From Candidatus Magasanikiibacteriota bacterium (GTDB lineage Bacteria; Patescibacteriota; Patescibacteriia; Magasanikbacterales; UBA922): a stretch of DNA of 64,000 nt. The translations under genes were made by a program, and so were the position numbers. Position 1 is the stretch's first letter. Each line of letters starts with the position of its first letter. The notes below the pieces were generated by a model. The model was not told where the DNA came from. It searched no databases and saw only the letters and a program-made list of their open reading frames with translations. The stretch is taken from NCBI GenBank assembly GCA_018652595.1, contig JABIBU010000022.1, positions 50,346 to 114,345 on the forward strand, written 5' to 3'. Positions 61,601 through 64,000 of this stretch are shown here, piece by piece.

Positions 61601-64000
61601 CTAGTACTTCATCTCTTCTTCCTCATCATCATCGTCGTCATAACCATCTTCGTTATCCTCATCCAAGCCTTCGTCTTCTTCATCGTCTTCCAAATCATCC
61701 TCATCTTCTTCGCTTTCTTCTTCCAACTCCTCATCTTCATTCTCGTCATCTTCTAGGTTTTCATCATCTTCATCGTCAAACACATTCAACTCACCGCCAG
61801 CGTCCATTGCTTCCTCTATCACTCGCTCAGTAATTAAAATTTCTCGTGGCTTGGCACCATCTGCCGGACCAATAATACCAGCAGACTCGAGCTCGTCTAG
61901 AATCCTAGCTGCACGCGCATATCCAATTTTCATACGACGCTGCAAAAATGACGCACTCGCCTTTCCAGCATCTAAAATTACTTCTCTGGCCTGATTAAAC
62001 AGAGCATCTTGATCGTCTGATGGGCCACCAAACATGCTAGATGTTCCGTTTCCACCCTTTTCTACAATTGAATCATCATACTCTACCTTTTCACCAGATT
62101 TGAGATAGTCCACTACGGCATTTACTTCATTTTCTGAAATAAATGCACCTTGTACACGCTTTGGCTTGGACATGTCTGCTGTAAGGAAGAGCATGTCACC
62201 ACGGCCCAACAGCTTGTCTGCGCCAGGACAATCCAGGATTGTACGCGAATCAATAATGGACGCAACTGAAAAGGCAATCCTAGCTGGAATATTAGCTTTC
62301 ATTAGCCCAGTAATAATATCTACTGACGGTCGCTGAGTGGCTACGATCAAATGAATACCAACAGCACGAGCCATTTGGGCCAAACGAATAATCCCAGCTT
62401 CAACTTCGGATGCAGCCGATGCCATCAGATCTGCCAACTCATCGATAATAAATACCAAGCGAGGAATTTTATCATTTGGGTGTTTTTTATTATAAGAGCC
62501 AATATCACGACTTCCATCAGCTGCAAGCATTTCAAATCTCCTGTCCATTTCCCCAGTTGTCCATTTCAAAGCATTTACTGTTTTTTGGACATTGGTAATA
62601 ACAGGAGTAAGTAAGTGCGGAATGCCATTGTATAGTGTTAATTCAACTCGTTTTGGATCTACCATTATAAAACGCAGGTCCTCTGCAGTATTTTGATATA
62701 GCAGACTCATTATAATCGTGTTGATACAGACTGTCTTACCAGCACCAGTAGCACCAGCAACGAGCAGATGAGGCATCTTTGGTAAGTCTGCAAACCAGAC
62801 TTTACCGGCCACATCTTTTCCAAGAGCAATCATCATATTGTGATCACGGCGAACAAATTCTTTTGATTCCAAAGTCTCCTTTAGGGTTACCATGGCCGCT
62901 TTATGGTTTGGCACTTCTATTCCAACTAATGATTTACCAGGAATTGGCGCTTCCATTCTAATTGGATGAGCTGCCAAAGCCAAAGACAAATCATTTGATA
63001 GAGACGTAATCCTAGAAAGCTTTATGCCTTTATCAGGTTTTAGAGAGTATTGTGTAACGGTCGGACCAACTCGCACCTCACCTACCTCAACACCGATATT
63101 AAATTCGGAAAAAGTATCGTGAATAATCGCTGCGTTAGCCTTTATATCACCACTGGTTGGCTTGCTTTTTTTGGTGGTAAGCAGGCTAACTGGAGGAACA
63201 TTTTTTATAACAACCTTTTTGTCCCAAGGTGAAGACTCGTGCTTTTTTTGTTTTCCTCCATCTTCTTCGTCTTCTTCATCCTCATCTTCTTCGTTCAATT
63301 TCTTTTTTGCAAAAATAGATTTCTTTTTGGGCTCATCTTCCTCATCTTCTTCCTCGTATTCATCTTCTTCGTCCTCGTACTCTTCTTCATCTTCATATTC
63401 ATCATAGTCCCCCTCTACTTCTGTCCGTTTTTCCCCCTTACGGACAAAGACACTAAATGATCCAACAATCACTCTACCAATCCAACCTAGACCGGCAAAT
63501 AATTTTTTGTTTATCATTATAAAATGAGTAACCGAAGTATTAAAAATCAAAAAGACCGACACTGCCACCATGCCAACCAGAATAACACCCCCAGCAACAG
63601 TACCGAGATATTCACGCAGTGGCCAAGCCATCATACCAAAAATTCCACCACCATGACCTTCTAGTGCCATTCTCCACATTTCATTTGTCTCAAAACCAAT
63701 ATGCATCAAGCTAGACATGGCCAAGAAAAAAATAATAGAGCCAATGCCGTGAGTCGACTTGTAGTCGTACTCGATATCCTTGAATAGGAAAAAGGCGAAA
63801 ATAAATAAAATAAATGGCACAGTAAATCGAATTGAACCAAACAAAAAGCTGAGGGCATACTCATTGAGCATTATTCCCACAGCACCGGCCTTTTCAAAAA
63901 AACTAAGCCCTACTATCACAGCAAAAATTACAAGTACAATTGCTATAATCCCCCTAGATAAAACTGGGTCCAAACTACTTTTTTTACGACGATATTTTCT
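61601..64000 (-). CDS. ftsK: DNA translocase FtsK/SpoIIIE (5' end lies beyond the window)
   Basis: Four TM segments, PHLLVAGATGAGKT, IDELADLM, ATQRPS, gamma domain LQRRMKIGYARAAR; frame stays open to the window end. Confidence 0.97.
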   Translation of the reverse strand, partial: RKYRRKKSSLDPVLSRGIIAIVLVIFAVIVGLSFFEKAGAVGIMLNEYALSFLFGSIRFTVPFILFIFAFFLFKDIEYDYKSTHGIGSIIFFLAMSSLMHIGFETNEMWRMALEGHGGGIFGMMAWPLREYLGTVAGGVILVGMVAVSVFLIFNTSVTHFIMINKKLFAGLGWIGRVIVGSFSVFVRKGEKRTEVEGDYDEYEDEEEYEDEEDEYEEEDEEDEPKKKSIFAKKKLNEEDEDEEDEEDGGKQKKHESSPWDKKVVIKNVPPVSLLTTKKSKPTSGDIKANAAIIHDTFSEFNIGVEVGEVRVGPTVTQYSLKPDKGIKLSRITSLSNDLSLALAAHPIRMEAPIPGKSLVGIEVPNHKAAMVTLKETLESKEFVRRDHNMMIALGKDVAGKVWFADLPKMPHLLVAGATGAGKTVCINTIIMSLLYQNTAEDLRFIMVDPKRVELTLYNGIPHLLTPVITNVQKTVNALKWTTGEMDRRFEMLAADGSRDIGSYNKKHPNDKIPRLVFIIDELADLMASAASEVEAGIIRLAQMARAVGIHLIVATQRPSVDIITGLMKANIPARIAFSVASIIDSRTILDCPGADKLLGRGDMLFLTADMSKPKRVQGAFISENEVNAVVDYLKSGEKVEYDDSIVEKGGNGTSSMFGGPSDDQDALFNQAREVILDAGKASASFLQRRMKIGYARAARILDELESAGIIGPADGAKPREILITERVIEEAMDAGGELNVFDDEDDENLEDDENEDEELEEESEEDEDDLEDDEEDEGLDEDNEDGYDDDDDEEEEMKY

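Overview
AT-rich bacterial chromosome segment in the standard genetic code. The gene set, the mostly SD-less translation starts and the repeat families suggest a CPR/Patescibacteria (Parcubacteria/ABY1-like) genome; this is an inference. Housekeeping genes include gatB, miaA, miaB, thrS, pilB, ftsH, rpsA, gyrA, ruvA, ruvB, tsf, rpsB, nrdJ with pduO, efp, recA, rodZ-like, ftsK and 7 tRNAs. The main point of interest is a nucleotide-metabolism cluster at about 5.6-18.1 kb. (i) A pyrimidine operon has a CodA-like amidohydrolase lacking the deaminase Glu and an ArgG fused to a CarB-type MGS domain where carAB/pyrB/pyrC would normally stand, ahead of pyrD-pyrK-pyrE-pyrF; this is a candidate new entry route to dihydroorotate. 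(ii) A guaB/guaC-family gene, purA and a HAD-PurB fusion together look like a GMP-to-AMP route. (iii) Both + strand operons carry matching leader-peptide/terminator attenuators. Other observations: a T-box upstream of GNAT-thrS, palindromic repeats inserted in frame in four proteins, about 8 solitary GC-richer orphan gene units with SD-like sites (most with their own promoter and 3' hairpin), a pseudoknot-like RNA, and an initiator tRNA with C33. All calls were made by eye; no database searches were run.
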